35,253 nucleotides of DNA from the IMG/VR virus record IMGVR_UViG_2778261009_000009, one strand, 5' to 3'. The translations under genes and the position numbers were made by a program. The notes beneath the pieces are model-generated. The model made no database searches and had not been told where the DNA came from. It worked only from the letters and a program-made list of their open reading frames with translations. Positions 1-8,606 of this stretch are shown piece after piece (positions within the stretch are counted from its first letter, which is position 1; every line of letters begins with the position of its first letter). Source of the DNA: a virus (taxonomy: Duplodnaviria; Heunggongvirae; Uroviricota; Caudoviricetes).

Positions 1-1
1 A

Positions 2-568
2 TTAGCCTCTTATCTTGAATTCTGCTATAACTTTGCCGATGAATACAAGGTCATTAATGTTCATATCAACAATGATATTCCCATAGTTAATCTTAACTTT
101 ATTATCAGGAATTCTAATAACTTGTTTTATAGAATGCTTTCCATCAATGGAGATTAACCAATCACCATCAACTACATCTGTGAAATCCCTCTCAATAAAA
201 TAAGAGTTATTCCCGTTTGATATCACAGATGGTGATGATAAACCATCAGGAATGAACACTTTGTCAAACATTAGTGTTCCTGCATCCAATAGCACTCCAT
301 CAATCAATTTTATTTTTTGAATATTGATGATGTCAGAAGTTAAATATTCATGTTTAGGAGGTAAGCCTGTTACCAGCCACTTTATGTTTACTCCTGTTTC
401 GAGCGCGCACTGAATAACCCAATCAGAAGGGAATGAATCTCTCATGTAGCGTGTAGCAAGACTGCTTTTTGATATGCCTAGTTGTTCACATAACGCCTGT
501 CTTGTAGTGAACCCATAGGCTTCAACCATCCTTTCGATAGCTTTCTTTCCACCTTGACTAAAATCCAT
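2..568 (-). CDS. cI: 186-type CI immunity repressor (N-terminal HTH, no LexA-like Ser/Lys peptidase motif); ATG at 568 preferred over GTG at 673
   Basis: HTH-like segment GFTTRQALCEQLGISKSSLATRYM; AGGTGA Shine-Dalgarno 4 nt before ATG at 568; longer ORF would contain the divergent promoter. Confidence 0.65.
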   Translation of the reverse strand: MDFSQGGKKAIERMVEAYGFTTRQALCEQLGISKSSLATRYMRDSFPSDWVIQCALETGVNIKWLVTGLPPKHEYLTSDIINIQKIKLIDGVLLDAGTLMFDKVFIPDGLSSPSVISNGNNSYFIERDFTDVVDGDWLISIDGKHSIKQVIRIPDNKVKINYGNIIVDMNINDLVFIGKVIAEFKIRG

Positions 569-569
569 C

Positions 570-645
570 GATTTCACCTTGTGAACTTTATGGTTGACGA
601 TTTCAATTTGTGATCTTATAGTCGCATTGATTTCAAAATGTGACT
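570..645. promoter_or_regulatory. Three direct copies of a 17-bp element GATTTCA-N4-TGTGA (570-586, 599-615, 629-645; spacing 29-30 bp), putative repressor operators overlapping the early promoter
   Basis: Read directly: gatttcaccttgtgaac / gatttcaatttgtgatc / gatttcaaaatgtgact; each has partial dyad TCA(C/A)-N3-GTGA. Confidence 0.45.
594..622 (+). promoter_or_regulatory. Sigma70-type early rightward promoter (pR-like): TTGACG (594-599), 17-bp spacer, TATAGT (617-622)
   Basis: Near-consensus -35/-10 hexamers with 17-bp spacing about 70 bp upstream of apl-like ORF. Confidence 0.5.
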
Positions 646-694
646 TACAACTACTCGTCAATGTTAAACACACTTAAACAGGAGATGTTGCCTT

Positions 695-916
695 ATGACT
701 CAGCACATTTCAATCACATTAGCTGTCCCATCCATTTCGGTTGAAAAGTACAGTGAACTCACAGGGTTATCTGTAGACACTATCAACAGTATGCTCGCAG
801 ATGGACGCCTTAAGCGGCATCGTCTTCGCAAGGATAAAAAACGTGAAAAGGTAATGATCAACATTGCAGCCATGACAGTGGATGCGCTTGCCGATTCCAA
901 TGTCGTAATCAATTGA
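695..916 (+). CDS. Apl/Cox-like small HTH early regulator/excisionase
   Basis: 73-aa ORF first in rightward operon, divergent from cI; AGGAG 10 nt upstream; HTH-like KYSELTGLSVDTINSMLADGRL. Confidence 0.55.
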   Translation: MTQHISITLAVPSISVEKYSELTGLSVDTINSMLADGRLKRHRLRKDKKREKVMINIAAMTVDALADSNVVIN

Positions 917-948
917 TTCGATTTTGAAATAAAGGGAAGGGGCTGACT

Positions 949-1458
949 ATGTTTGATTATCAAGTTTCCAAACATCCACATTTTGACGAAGCCTGTCGTG
1001 CATTCGCACTGCGCCACAACCTGGTGCGACTGGCAGAACGTGCAGGCATGAATGTACAGATTCTGCGGAACAAGCTGAACCCAGCTCAACCTCATTTATT
1101 AACCGCACCAGAAATCTGGTTGCTTACCGATCTGACTGAAGATTCAACGCTGGTAGATGGCTTTCTGGCACAGATTCACTGCCTGCCATGTGTACCGATT
1201 AATGAGGTGGCAAAAGAGAAACTGCCGCATTATGTCATGAGTGCAACCGCAGAGATCGGGCGTGTTGCTGCAGGTGCGGTATCTGGCGATGTAAAAACCA
1301 GTGCAGGTCGTCGTGATGCTATCAGCAGCATTAACTCTGTAACACGACTGATGGCGCTGGCCGCTGTTTCATTGCAGGCCCGTTTACAGGCTAATCCTGC
1401 GATGGCGAGTGCAGTTGATACCGTGACTGGCCTCGGTGCTTCATTCGGTTTGCTGTGA
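949..1458 (+). CDS. cII: CII-like lysogeny establishment regulator (169 aa, same length as phage 186 CII)
   Basis: Position after apl; strong RBS GGGAAGGGG; recognised from memory as the P2/186 CII family, not database-checked. Confidence 0.65.
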   Translation: MFDYQVSKHPHFDEACRAFALRHNLVRLAERAGMNVQILRNKLNPAQPHLLTAPEIWLLTDLTEDSTLVDGFLAQIHCLPCVPINEVAKEKLPHYVMSATAEIGRVAAGAVSGDVKTSAGRRDAISSINSVTRLMALAAVSLQARLQANPAMASAVDTVTGLGASFGLL

Positions 1459-1465
1459 GGTGCTT

Positions 1466-1666
1466 ATGCTGACGAAAGAACCATCATTTGCATCGCTGCT
1501 GGTAAAACAAAGTCCGGCAATGCACTACGGTCACGGCTGGATCATGGGTGAGGATGGTAAACGCTGGCATCCGTGCCGTTCACAAGATGAATTGCTGGCA
1601 GAACTATCTACGAAAAAACGGGGGAACAAATGGCTATTGAAGGCGCTGCGGCGACTGTTCCATTAA
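1466..1666 (+). CDS. hypothetical early protein (66 aa)
   Basis: ATG at 1466 preceded by GAGGTG; overlaps cII stop; long form from 1436 rejected. Confidence 0.4.
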   Translation: MLTKEPSFASLLVKQSPAMHYGHGWIMGEDGKRWHPCRSQDELLAELSTKKRGNKWLLKALRRLFH

Positions 1667-1971
1667 GACCCGGTGAACGCCTGAATGGACTTAATCATAT
1701 TGCGGAGTTAAGGGCGAAAGTTTTTGGTTTGAATATTGAGTCAGAGCTTGAGCGGTTTATTAAAGATATGCGTGATCCTCGGGATATCAATAATGAACAA
1801 AATAAACGGGCACTGGCTGCCATATTCTTTATGGCAAAAATTCCAGCTGAACGTCATAGCATCAGCATTAATGAGCTGACCACTGACGAAAAGCGGGAGT
1901 TGATTAAAGCAATGAATCATTTTCGTGCAGTGGTGAGCTTATTTCCCAGACGGCTAACCATGCCGAATTAA
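1630..1971 (+). CDS. hypothetical early protein (113 aa)
   Basis: ORF with GGGGGA RBS; same-strand operon context. Confidence 0.45.
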   Translation: MAIEGAAATVPLRPGERLNGLNHIAELRAKVFGLNIESELERFIKDMRDPRDINNEQNKRALAAIFFMAKIPAERHSISINELTTDEKRELIKAMNHFRAVVSLFPRRLTMPN

Positions 1972-2038
1972 CCAACTAATGAAATTAATGGCGTAAACCC
2001 GCCGGGCATCCCTTTATCTAAATTCAGGAGAATTGCTT

Positions 2039-2272
2039 ATGCGTAATATTGAAACCCTCACGACCAAAACCGGACCGGATGATGCAGGTCTTAATCTTTT
2101 ACTGACAGAGGCTCGTCTGGAAGAACGCCGGGCAAGGGCTGAAGCAATGGCTGCTCGCCTCGATAGCCTGGCGTGTCATATCACCTCCCGCCAGCTAAAC
2201 CACGTCGAAGCGGCAGAACTGCTGCGTGTGACTGCTGAAGCAATCCAGAACGAAGCGCAGGAGATCCACTGA
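2039..2272 (+). CDS. hypothetical early protein (77 aa)
   Basis: ATG at 2039 with AGGAG at 2024-2028; stop overlaps next start. Confidence 0.5.
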   Translation: MRNIETLTTKTGPDDAGLNLLLTEARLEERRARAEAMAARLDSLACHITSRQLNHVEAAELLRVTAEAIQNEAQEIH

Positions 2273-2499
2273 TGGCTGATGCAATGGATCTCGTACAGCA
2301 GCGCGTTGAAGAAGAACGCCAACGCCATATCCGTGCTGCCCGTGCCAAAACGCCGGGCGTGTCCCGCGTGCTTTGCGTTGAGTGTGAAGCGCCAATTCCG
2401 CCAGCACGCCGCCGTGCCATTCCGGGTGTGCAGCTTTGCATTACCTGTCAGGAAATCGCAGAGCTGAAAGGCAAACATTACAACGGAGGTGCTGTATGA
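2272..2499 (+). CDS. TraR/DksA-family C4 zinc-finger protein
   Basis: CVECEAPIPPARRRAIPGVQLCITCQ four-Cys motif; 75 aa; start overlaps previous stop. Confidence 0.7.
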   Translation: MADAMDLVQQRVEEERQRHIRAARAKTPGVSRVLCVECEAPIPPARRRAIPGVQLCITCQEIAELKGKHYNGGAV

Positions 2500-3350
2500 G
2501 CACCATCCTGAAATGGGCAGGAAATAAAACCGCCATAATGTCCGAACTGAAAAAGCATCTTCCTGCTGGCCCGCGACTGGTTGAACCTTTCGCGGGTTCC
2601 TGTGCAGTGATGATGGAGACGGATTACCCCAGCTATCTTGTTGCGGATATTAATCCTGATTTAATCAACCTCTATAAAAAGGTTGCTGCTGATTGTGAGG
2701 CGTTTATATCTCGTGCCAGAGCTTTATTTGAGGAAGCAAACAGGGAGGTGGCTTATTACAACATAAGGCAGGAGTTTAATTACTCCACTGAAATTACTGA
2801 TTTCATGAAAGCGGTATATTTCCTGTATCTCAATCGTCACGGTTACCGTGGTTTATGTCGCTATAACAAGAGCGGGCATTTCAACATTCCCTACGGTAAT
2901 TATAAAAATCCGTATTTCCCTGAAAAAGAAATTCGCGCATTTGCAGAGAAAGCCCAGCGGGCAACGTTTATCTGCGCCAGCTTTGATGAAACGCTGGCGA
3001 TGTTGAAGGTGGGGGATGTGGTGTATTGCGATCCGCCTTATGACGGTACGTTTTCCGGCTATCACACTGATGGTTTCACTGAAGATGATCAGTATCACCT
3101 GGCATCCATTCTTGAACATCGGTCATCAGAAGGACATCCGGTCATTGTTTCTAACAGTAACACGTCTTTGACCCGGTCCCTTTATCGTAATTTCACTCAC
3201 CACTACATCAGGGCGAAACGCAGCATCGGCGTTGCAGCGGGGGAGGGAAAATTTGCAACAGAGATGATTGCCACTAAATCTGCTAATTGGTTTAGTGCCG
3301 ATTTTAGTAGGGGACGTGACTCTACTGTTATTTTCGGGGTGCAAGTGTGA
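2496..3350 (+). CDS. dam: Dam-type N6-adenine DNA methyltransferase
   Basis: N-terminal KWAGNK...EPFAGS and catalytic DPPY motif (CDPPYDG); GGAGG RBS; ATG at 2496 overlaps previous stop. Confidence 0.85.
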   Translation: MSTILKWAGNKTAIMSELKKHLPAGPRLVEPFAGSCAVMMETDYPSYLVADINPDLINLYKKVAADCEAFISRARALFEEANREVAYYNIRQEFNYSTEITDFMKAVYFLYLNRHGYRGLCRYNKSGHFNIPYGNYKNPYFPEKEIRAFAEKAQRATFICASFDETLAMLKVGDVVYCDPPYDGTFSGYHTDGFTEDDQYHLASILEHRSSEGHPVIVSNSNTSLTRSLYRNFTHHYIRAKRSIGVAAGEGKFATEMIATKSANWFSADFSRGRDSTVIFGVQV

Positions 3351-4177
3351 AAGAAATGCACCACGGAATTCATCATTTCCATGGGACGCCTGTCTGGGGA
3401 AGTGCTGGCGACGTTCATCGTATTGCGGTGAGCGGAGCTGGCGCTTTCGTCTCCTATGTACGACCAGATCAGATTGCGGCGTCCATTCAGCACGCTCAGG
3501 TCGTCGGCATTGATAACGGCGCATTTTCTGCATGGGTGCGTGGGCTAAAAATTAACTGGAGTGATTTTTATAAATGGCTCCTGAACTATTACCACCATCC
3601 TAAGGTCGCTTTTTTTGTCATTCCTGATGTTGTGGACGGAGGTGAACGTGACAATGATGCCCTGATAAACGAAGTTCCGAAAATGTTCTACGGGAAGGCA
3701 ACTCCCGTCTGGCATCTGCACGAGTCAATCGATCGGCTTATCGAGCTATGTCGTGAATGGCCTCGTGTCTGCTTTGGATCGTCTGGTGAATATGCGGCTA
3801 TCAGAACTGCGCACTGGCATCGTCGTATGCAGGACGCTTTTGAAGCAATTTATTGCCGACACAATTTCAAAACAGCTGTTCATGGTTTGCGCATGCTTGA
3901 CGGTCGTGTGTTGGGAAATTACCCACTGGCGACTGCCGACAGTACAAATCTTGCCTGCAATGTCCCCAAATTTAATAGCAAATATCCTGAGCTGACGCGG
4001 GCTATTCAGGAGGCTGAGTATTCGCGCAATCTGACGGAAAAGGAGCTGAAAGCTGTCATTCTGAAAAACCGTTGCGCAATTTTAAAAGGTGCAATTGAAG
4101 CTGTTCGCCCACCTTCAGTTTCTGATTGGCTGTCGAATGGTTTGCAGCCTTCACAGCTCGAACTGGAGATTGCGTAA
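3347..4177 (+). CDS. TGT-fold (tRNA-guanine transglycosylase-like, possibly DpdA-like) protein; hypothesis
   Basis: 276-aa ORF with motifs resembling TGT catalytic-Asp segments (VVGIDNGAF ~ LTDSGGFQ; FFVIPDVV ~ MIFDEC; GLRMLDGR ~ GIDMFDC); no CxCxxC zinc motif; start overlaps dam stop. Confidence 0.45.
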   Translation: MKEMHHGIHHFHGTPVWGSAGDVHRIAVSGAGAFVSYVRPDQIAASIQHAQVVGIDNGAFSAWVRGLKINWSDFYKWLLNYYHHPKVAFFVIPDVVDGGERDNDALINEVPKMFYGKATPVWHLHESIDRLIELCREWPRVCFGSSGEYAAIRTAHWHRRMQDAFEAIYCRHNFKTAVHGLRMLDGRVLGNYPLATADSTNLACNVPKFNSKYPELTRAIQEAEYSRNLTEKELKAVILKNRCAILKGAIEAVRPPSVSDWLSNGLQPSQLELEIA

Positions 4178-6518
4178 TGAACTACAGCTATTCCTGGAAT
4201 GCTGAGAAAAAAGCAATCAATCCTTACGTAGAGACGGAAGAGCAATCTTCAGTTTCTGCGCTTTCAAACCTGATCGCTCTGTACGCTGCCGATAACGAGC
4301 AGGAACAGCTGCGCCGCGAGGCACTGAGTGATCAGGTCTGGGAGCGTTATTTCTTTAATGAATCCCGTGATCCTGTCCAGCGCGAAATGGAGCAGGATAA
4401 GCTCATTAGTCGGGCAAAGCTGGCGCATGAGCAGCAGCGTTTTAATCCAGATATGGTCATTCTGGCGGACGTTAATGCCCAGCCTTCCCATATCAGCAAG
4501 CCACTGATGCAACGTATTGAATACTTCAGCAGCCTGGGCAGGCCAAAGGCTTATTCCCGCTATTTGCGTGAGACGATTAAGCCATGTCTGGAACGGCTGG
4601 AGCATGTACGCGACTGTCAGCTATCCACTTCTTTTCGCTTTATGGCAAGCCATGAAGGGCTGGACGGCCTGCTGATCCTGCCTGAAATGAGTCAGGATCA
4701 GGTGAAACGCCTGTCCACCCTGGTAGCTGCGCATATGAGCATGTGCCTTGATGCAGCTTGTGGCGATTTGTATGTCACCGATGACGTTAAGCCAGAAGAA
4801 ATCCGCAAGACATGGGAAAAGGTGGCAGCGGAAACCCTGCGTCTGGATGTTATCCCGCCTGCGTTTGAGCAACTCCGCCGGAAAAGAAACCGCCGTAAAC
4901 CCGTGCCCTATGAACTCATTCCGGGTTCGCTGGCGCGTATGTTGTGCGCTGACTGGTGGTACCGGAAATTATGGAAGATGCGTTGCGAATGGCGGGAAGA
5001 GCAGTTGCGTGCTGTCTGCCTGGTCAGCAAAAAGCATCTCCCTATGTCAGCTATGAAGCCGTGATGCATAAACGTGAGCAGCGCCGTAAGTCGCTGGAGT
5101 TTTTTCGTTCTCATGAACTGGTGAACGAAGACGGCGACACGCTGGACATGGAGGATGTGGTAAACGCCAGCAGCAGCAACCCTGCGCATCGCCGCAATGA
5201 GATGATGGCCTGTGTTAAAGGCCTGGAGCTTATCGCGGAAATGCGCGGTGACTGCGCCGTTTTCTACACCATCACCTGTCCGTCACGTTTCCATTCCACG
5301 CTAAATAATGGCAGGCCCAACCCAACTTGGACAAATGCGACGGTAAGACAAAGCAGTGATTATCTGGTCGGCATGTTTGCTGCATTTCGTAAGGCGATGC
5401 ACAAAGCCGGATTGCGGTGGTATGGCGTGCGGGTGGCTGAGCCGCATCATGACGGTACAGTTCACTGGCACCTGTTGTGTTTTATGCGCAAAAAAGACCG
5501 CCGCGCCATCACTGCATTACTGCGTAAGTTTGCCATCCGTGAAGACCGCGAGGAACTGGGCAATAACACTGGGCCGCGCTTTAAGTCTGAGTTGATTAAC
5601 CCGCGCAAAGGTACGCCAACAAGCTACATCGCGAAATACATCAGTAAGAACATTGACGGGCGTGGTCTGGCTGGCGAGATCAGCAAGGAAACGGGGAAAT
5701 CCCTGCGTGATAATGCTGAATACGTTAATGCCTGGGCGTCTCTGCATCGTGTTCAGCAATTCCGCTTCTTTGGCATTCCGGGGCGTCAGGCTTACCGTGA
5801 ACTGCGATTGCTGGCTGGTCAGGCGGCAAGGCAACAGGGGGACAAAAAAGCAGGTGCGCCGGTACTGGATAACCCGCGCCTTGATGCCATCCTGGCTGCT
5901 GCTGATGCTGGTTGTTTTGCCACCTACATCATGAAGCAGGGCGGCGTACTGGTTCCCCGCAAATATCACCTCATCAGAACCGCTTATGAAATCAACGAAG
6001 AGCCGACCGCCTATGGCGATCACGGCATTCGTATTTATGGCATCTGGTCACCTATTGCAGAGGGCAAGATCTGCACTCATGCCGTGAAGTGGAAAATGGT
6101 TCGTAAGGCCGTTGATGTTCAGGAGGCGGCAGCCGACCAGGGCGCTTGCGCCCCTTGGACTCGTGGCAATAACTGTCCCCCTGTTGAAAATTTGAACCAA
6201 TCAGGGGGCGATTTACCAGAAGCCAGTGGGCCGGAGTCGCTGCCGGATCTTCATAATCTGAGCGCGAAGGAACGACGGGAGCTGACGGCGCGGCTGAGAT
6301 TGGTAAAACCTAAGCGGCGGAAAGGGTACAAACAGCAGATTAGCAATCATCAGCGCCAGCAGCTTGATGCTGAACTGAGGTCTAGGGGGTTCGATGCGAG
6401 TGATACCGAGGTGGATCTGCTTTTGCGTGGTGGCAGTATCCCGTCCGGGGCCGGGCTGCGTTTGTTCTATCGAAACCAGCGCCTGCAGGAAGATGATAAA
6501 TGGCGGCAGTGGTACTAA
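4177..6518 (+). CDS. A: Replication initiation protein A (HUH rolling-circle endonuclease), interrupted by a frame change near 5029-5034 (ORFs 4177..5064 and 4956..6518)
   Basis: [16 protein letters not shown] motif and [12 protein letters not shown] tyrosine motif in the downstream frame; both frames resemble P2 A across the junction as recalled from memory. Confidence 0.8.
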
Positions 6519-6550
6519 TGTGAGAGTATTTTATATTCATATTCAAAAAT

Positions 6551-6582
6551 GCCAGCCTAACAAATCAGGCTGACATTTTTTT
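6551..6582. terminator. Bidirectional rho-independent terminator between gene A and convergent cargo operon
   Basis: Stem cagcct/aggctg (6553-6558/6567-6572), T7 run 6576-6582 on plus, A5 run 6545-6549 giving T-run on minus. Confidence 0.5.
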
Positions 6583-6589
6583 ACTTACT

Positions 6590-7048
6590 CTATTTAGTTT
6601 TTTCAATCATAGTGCTTTCGGCTTTTGAATATACACTATTAATAGTGGTGATTTTTGTAGTTAATGCTATACAAACTAGACTCAGAAGTAAGACACCAAT
6701 TGATATTGTATTGTTGCTGAGTATTATATGTAGACAAATAGAATAAATTGCAACAATGACTATTGCTACGAAAACAAAGATTGCCATTAAATTATGTGCT
6801 TTGATGTAGTCCTCAGGGGTTAATATGTAGCTTATGTTTATGATTATAAATAAAATTAAAAATGCTCCCCCAATCCATTTGGGTAGGGCTGTTTCTTTTT
6901 TTGATACTGCAGGTGTGGTTCTTGGGATCGATTCTACGAAGGATTTAAGATTTCCCATGTCAGTATTGTTTAATGCTGCACTTTCTGCTTCGAATTTTGA
7001 AACAGTGCCATCAGGAAGGGTTGTAGTCCAGCTTATTTTTCCTGTCAT
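6590..7048 (-). CDS. cargo membrane protein (152 aa; about 55-aa soluble N-terminus then about 3 TM helices), unknown function
   Basis: AT-rich ORF; start ATG overlaps upstream stop (ATGA); AGGGA RBS; hydrophobic segments FLILFIIINISYIL, MAIFVFVAIVIVAIYSI, IGVLLLSLVCIAL. Confidence 0.6.
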   Translation of the reverse strand: MTGKISWTTTLPDGTVSKFEAESAALNNTDMGNLKSFVESIPRTTPAVSKKETALPKWIGGAFLILFIIINISYILTPEDYIKAHNLMAIFVFVAIVIVAIYSICLHIILSNNTISIGVLLLSLVCIALTTKITTINSVYSKAESTMIEKTK

Positions 7049-7419
7049 ACAACATCCCTTATTCTGAATATTCTATTAAAATCAATATCAACAGCAGAGT
7101 TCGACCACTCACTCTTTTGATTATCTTTAATTAGAATTGCTTTGTTCTCGTCAAAGATTATATTTGTACCACTAAACTCAATATGAGATAGGTCTCCTCT
7201 AAATATTTTTTGCTCAACGCTTTTGAATGCATCTTTTAATGATGCACACTCTTTTCTGAATAATGGTTTGGGGCTGTAAGTCCCTAAGTTTATAACTATT
7301 ACGCCACTACCATCTTTAGCAGGGTGAATGGAGAAAGATAGCGCTAATCCGTGATAGTGGGATTGTATTTTCTTCATTAATTTACGAACGTAATCATCAT
7401 ACCGCTTTCTATATATCAT
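7045..7419 (-). CDS. cargo soluble protein (124 aa), unknown function, first gene of two-gene operon
   Basis: AT-rich ORF translationally coupled to 6590..7048; candidate promoter TCGACA-18-TAATAT upstream on minus strand. Confidence 0.55.
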   Translation of the reverse strand: MIYRKRYDDYVRKLMKKIQSHYHGLALSFSIHPAKDGSGVIVINLGTYSPKPLFRKECASLKDAFKSVEQKIFRGDLSHIEFSGTNIIFDENKAILIKDNQKSEWSNSAVDIDFNRIFRIRDVV

Positions 7420-7583
7420 TTTTTTCTTAATGGTTAGTTGTTTTTCGTATATTACAATACTAATAAATATATTGTCGATTCAAATAAAACGTTGTAGCCA
7501 AGCGGAAGAATTTTAGTTTACGGATGGTTGTTTTTTGATCTCCATAGCCGAAGGCAATCTGAACTATAGTGATCATAAAAGTG

Positions 7584-7627
7584 TTTACATTCATGGAACT
7601 ACGCATATACTGTATATGTGTACAGTG
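7584..7627 (+). promoter_or_regulatory. SOS-regulated promoter: -35 TTTACA (7584-7589), -10 TATACT (7606-7611), LexA box TACTGTATATGTGTACAGTG (7608-7627)
   Basis: Perfect CTGT-N8-ACAG palindrome (7610-7625) overlapping the -10 and start site, about 30 bp upstream of a strong RBS. Confidence 0.7.
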
Positions 7628-7657
7628 CTTTCTGTGTGTTTGGTGATAGGAGGGAAG

Positions 7658-7846
7658 ATGCAAGACTATTTTTTGGAGTCGTTGAAGCTCCAGCGCATTG
7701 ATTTTTTTGTCAAGCTTGTGGCGGCTAGTGAGTGTGATGATGAAGAGAAGCGACTGGCTATCCAGTGGGTTTCTGAGTTAACGGATGAGCTGATGGCAAA
7801 GATTCGTGCTCATGAATACAACCGCTCAATGGATCTTCCCAGTTAA
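7658..7846 (+). CDS. SOS-controlled small protein (62 aa), candidate Tum/DinI-like antirepressor
   Basis: ATG at 7658 with TAGGAGGGA RBS immediately downstream of LexA box; acidic small protein; weak resemblance to DinI C-terminus. Confidence 0.55.
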   Translation: MQDYFLESLKLQRIDFFVKLVAASECDDEEKRLAIQWVSELTDELMAKIRAHEYNRSMDLPS

Positions 7847-7924
7847 CAGCAGGAACGTTGCTGGCGTGAGAACTAGCTTCTTACGTCAGCAAGGTTAAAC
7901 AACGAGTACAACGAGGCGTTAGCC

Positions 7925-8191
7925 ATGGGTAAATCCAACAGCAAATTCCAGACCGTTTATGAGGGGCAGGCGCTTGAACGTGACGAACTTGGCGGATGGG
8001 TTTTGTTTCAGCGTCGTGTAGAGTATGGCGGCAAGTACTGGATGGGAATAACCATGGATGATGTGTTTTTGTTTGGCTCCGATCATCCTGTATCAGGTAG
8101 TGAGGCGATGGTCTTCATCATTGATTATGAGGGCGAGCAGCTCAGACGGTCTTTACCCGTTGGATACACCCCACAAATGCCGCTTTTCTGA
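7925..8191 (+). CDS. SOS-operon second gene (88 aa), unknown function
   Basis: ORF with GAGG RBS, same strand, followed by strong terminator. Confidence 0.5.
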   Translation: MGKSNSKFQTVYEGQALERDELGGWVLFQRRVEYGGKYWMGITMDDVFLFGSDHPVSGSEAMVFIIDYEGEQLRRSLPVGYTPQMPLF

Positions 8192-8258
8192 CAACCGGCT
8201 GGGTGCATGTCTATGCTGCATGAGATCGCATGATCGTTTGAGGATCGTTTTCGCTGAG

Positions 8259-8286
8259 GCCCGCCAGAACTGGCGGGCTTTTGCTT
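8259..8286 (+). terminator. rho-independent terminator of the SOS operon
   Basis: 8-bp GC stem gcccgcca/tggcgggc, loop gaac, followed by TTTTGCTT. Confidence 0.75.
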
Positions 8287-8327
8287 ATGTCATGCAGGTG
8301 CATGAAAATCGCTCCATAAAGCGGGCA

Positions 8328-8346
8328 GGCGTGGCGGGGATACGAG
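8328..8346. other. candidate cos site (cohesive-end sequence) GGCGTGGCGGGGATACGAG
   Basis: First 13 nt match the P2/186-family 19-nt cohesive end as I recall it (GGCG(A/T)GGCGGGGAAAGCA...); lies in non-coding DNA between right-end genes and the Q side. Confidence 0.35.
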
Positions 8347-8433
8347 CGCGCGCAATAGGGTTATGTACAATAAATTTTTGACGATCTTCGAGTGTTATTA
8401 GCTTGAGGCTGTCAGGGAAAATGAATACAATAA

Positions 8434-8465
8434 GAAGCGCCTAGCAGAATGTTACTAGGCGCTTC
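8434..8465 (-). terminator. perfect 11-bp inverted repeat hairpin (gaagcgcctag ... ctaggcgcttc), possible terminator of the minus-strand cargo operon
   Basis: Read directly; followed on minus strand by T-rich stretch; no T-run on plus. Confidence 0.35.
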
Positions 8466-8498
8466 GAATATATAACCTGTATGACTTTCTTAACCTAC

Positions 8499-8606
8499 TT
8501 ATCTTTTTGATTTCTTCTTCGTATCATCGTGATCGAATACTTGGCGTGTAGGCGGCTTGCTGGGTGGTGGCGGCGGCGGTAAATTAGATTTCTCATTTTT
8601 GCTCAT
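8499..8606 (-). CDS. polyproline mini-ORF 3 (35 aa): MSKNEKSNLPPPPPPSKPPTRQVFDHDDTKKKSKR
   Basis: Hand-translated; own AGGA RBS; start lies inside the end of mini-ORF 2; paralogous to two upstream mini-ORFs. Confidence 0.35.
   Translation of the reverse strand: MSKNEKSNLPPPPPPSKPPTRQVFDHDDTKKKSKR

Noticed and set aside
569-673. Longer form of the cI ORF starting at GTG 673
   Set aside because: Would place the divergent pR promoter and operator repeats inside the coding region; ATG at 568 has an AGGTGA RBS and gives a protein length close to 186 CI.
7535-7657. Longer form of the SOS small ORF starting at 7535
   Set aside because: Its 5' part contains the LexA box and -10 element; internal ATG at 7658 has a strong RBS.
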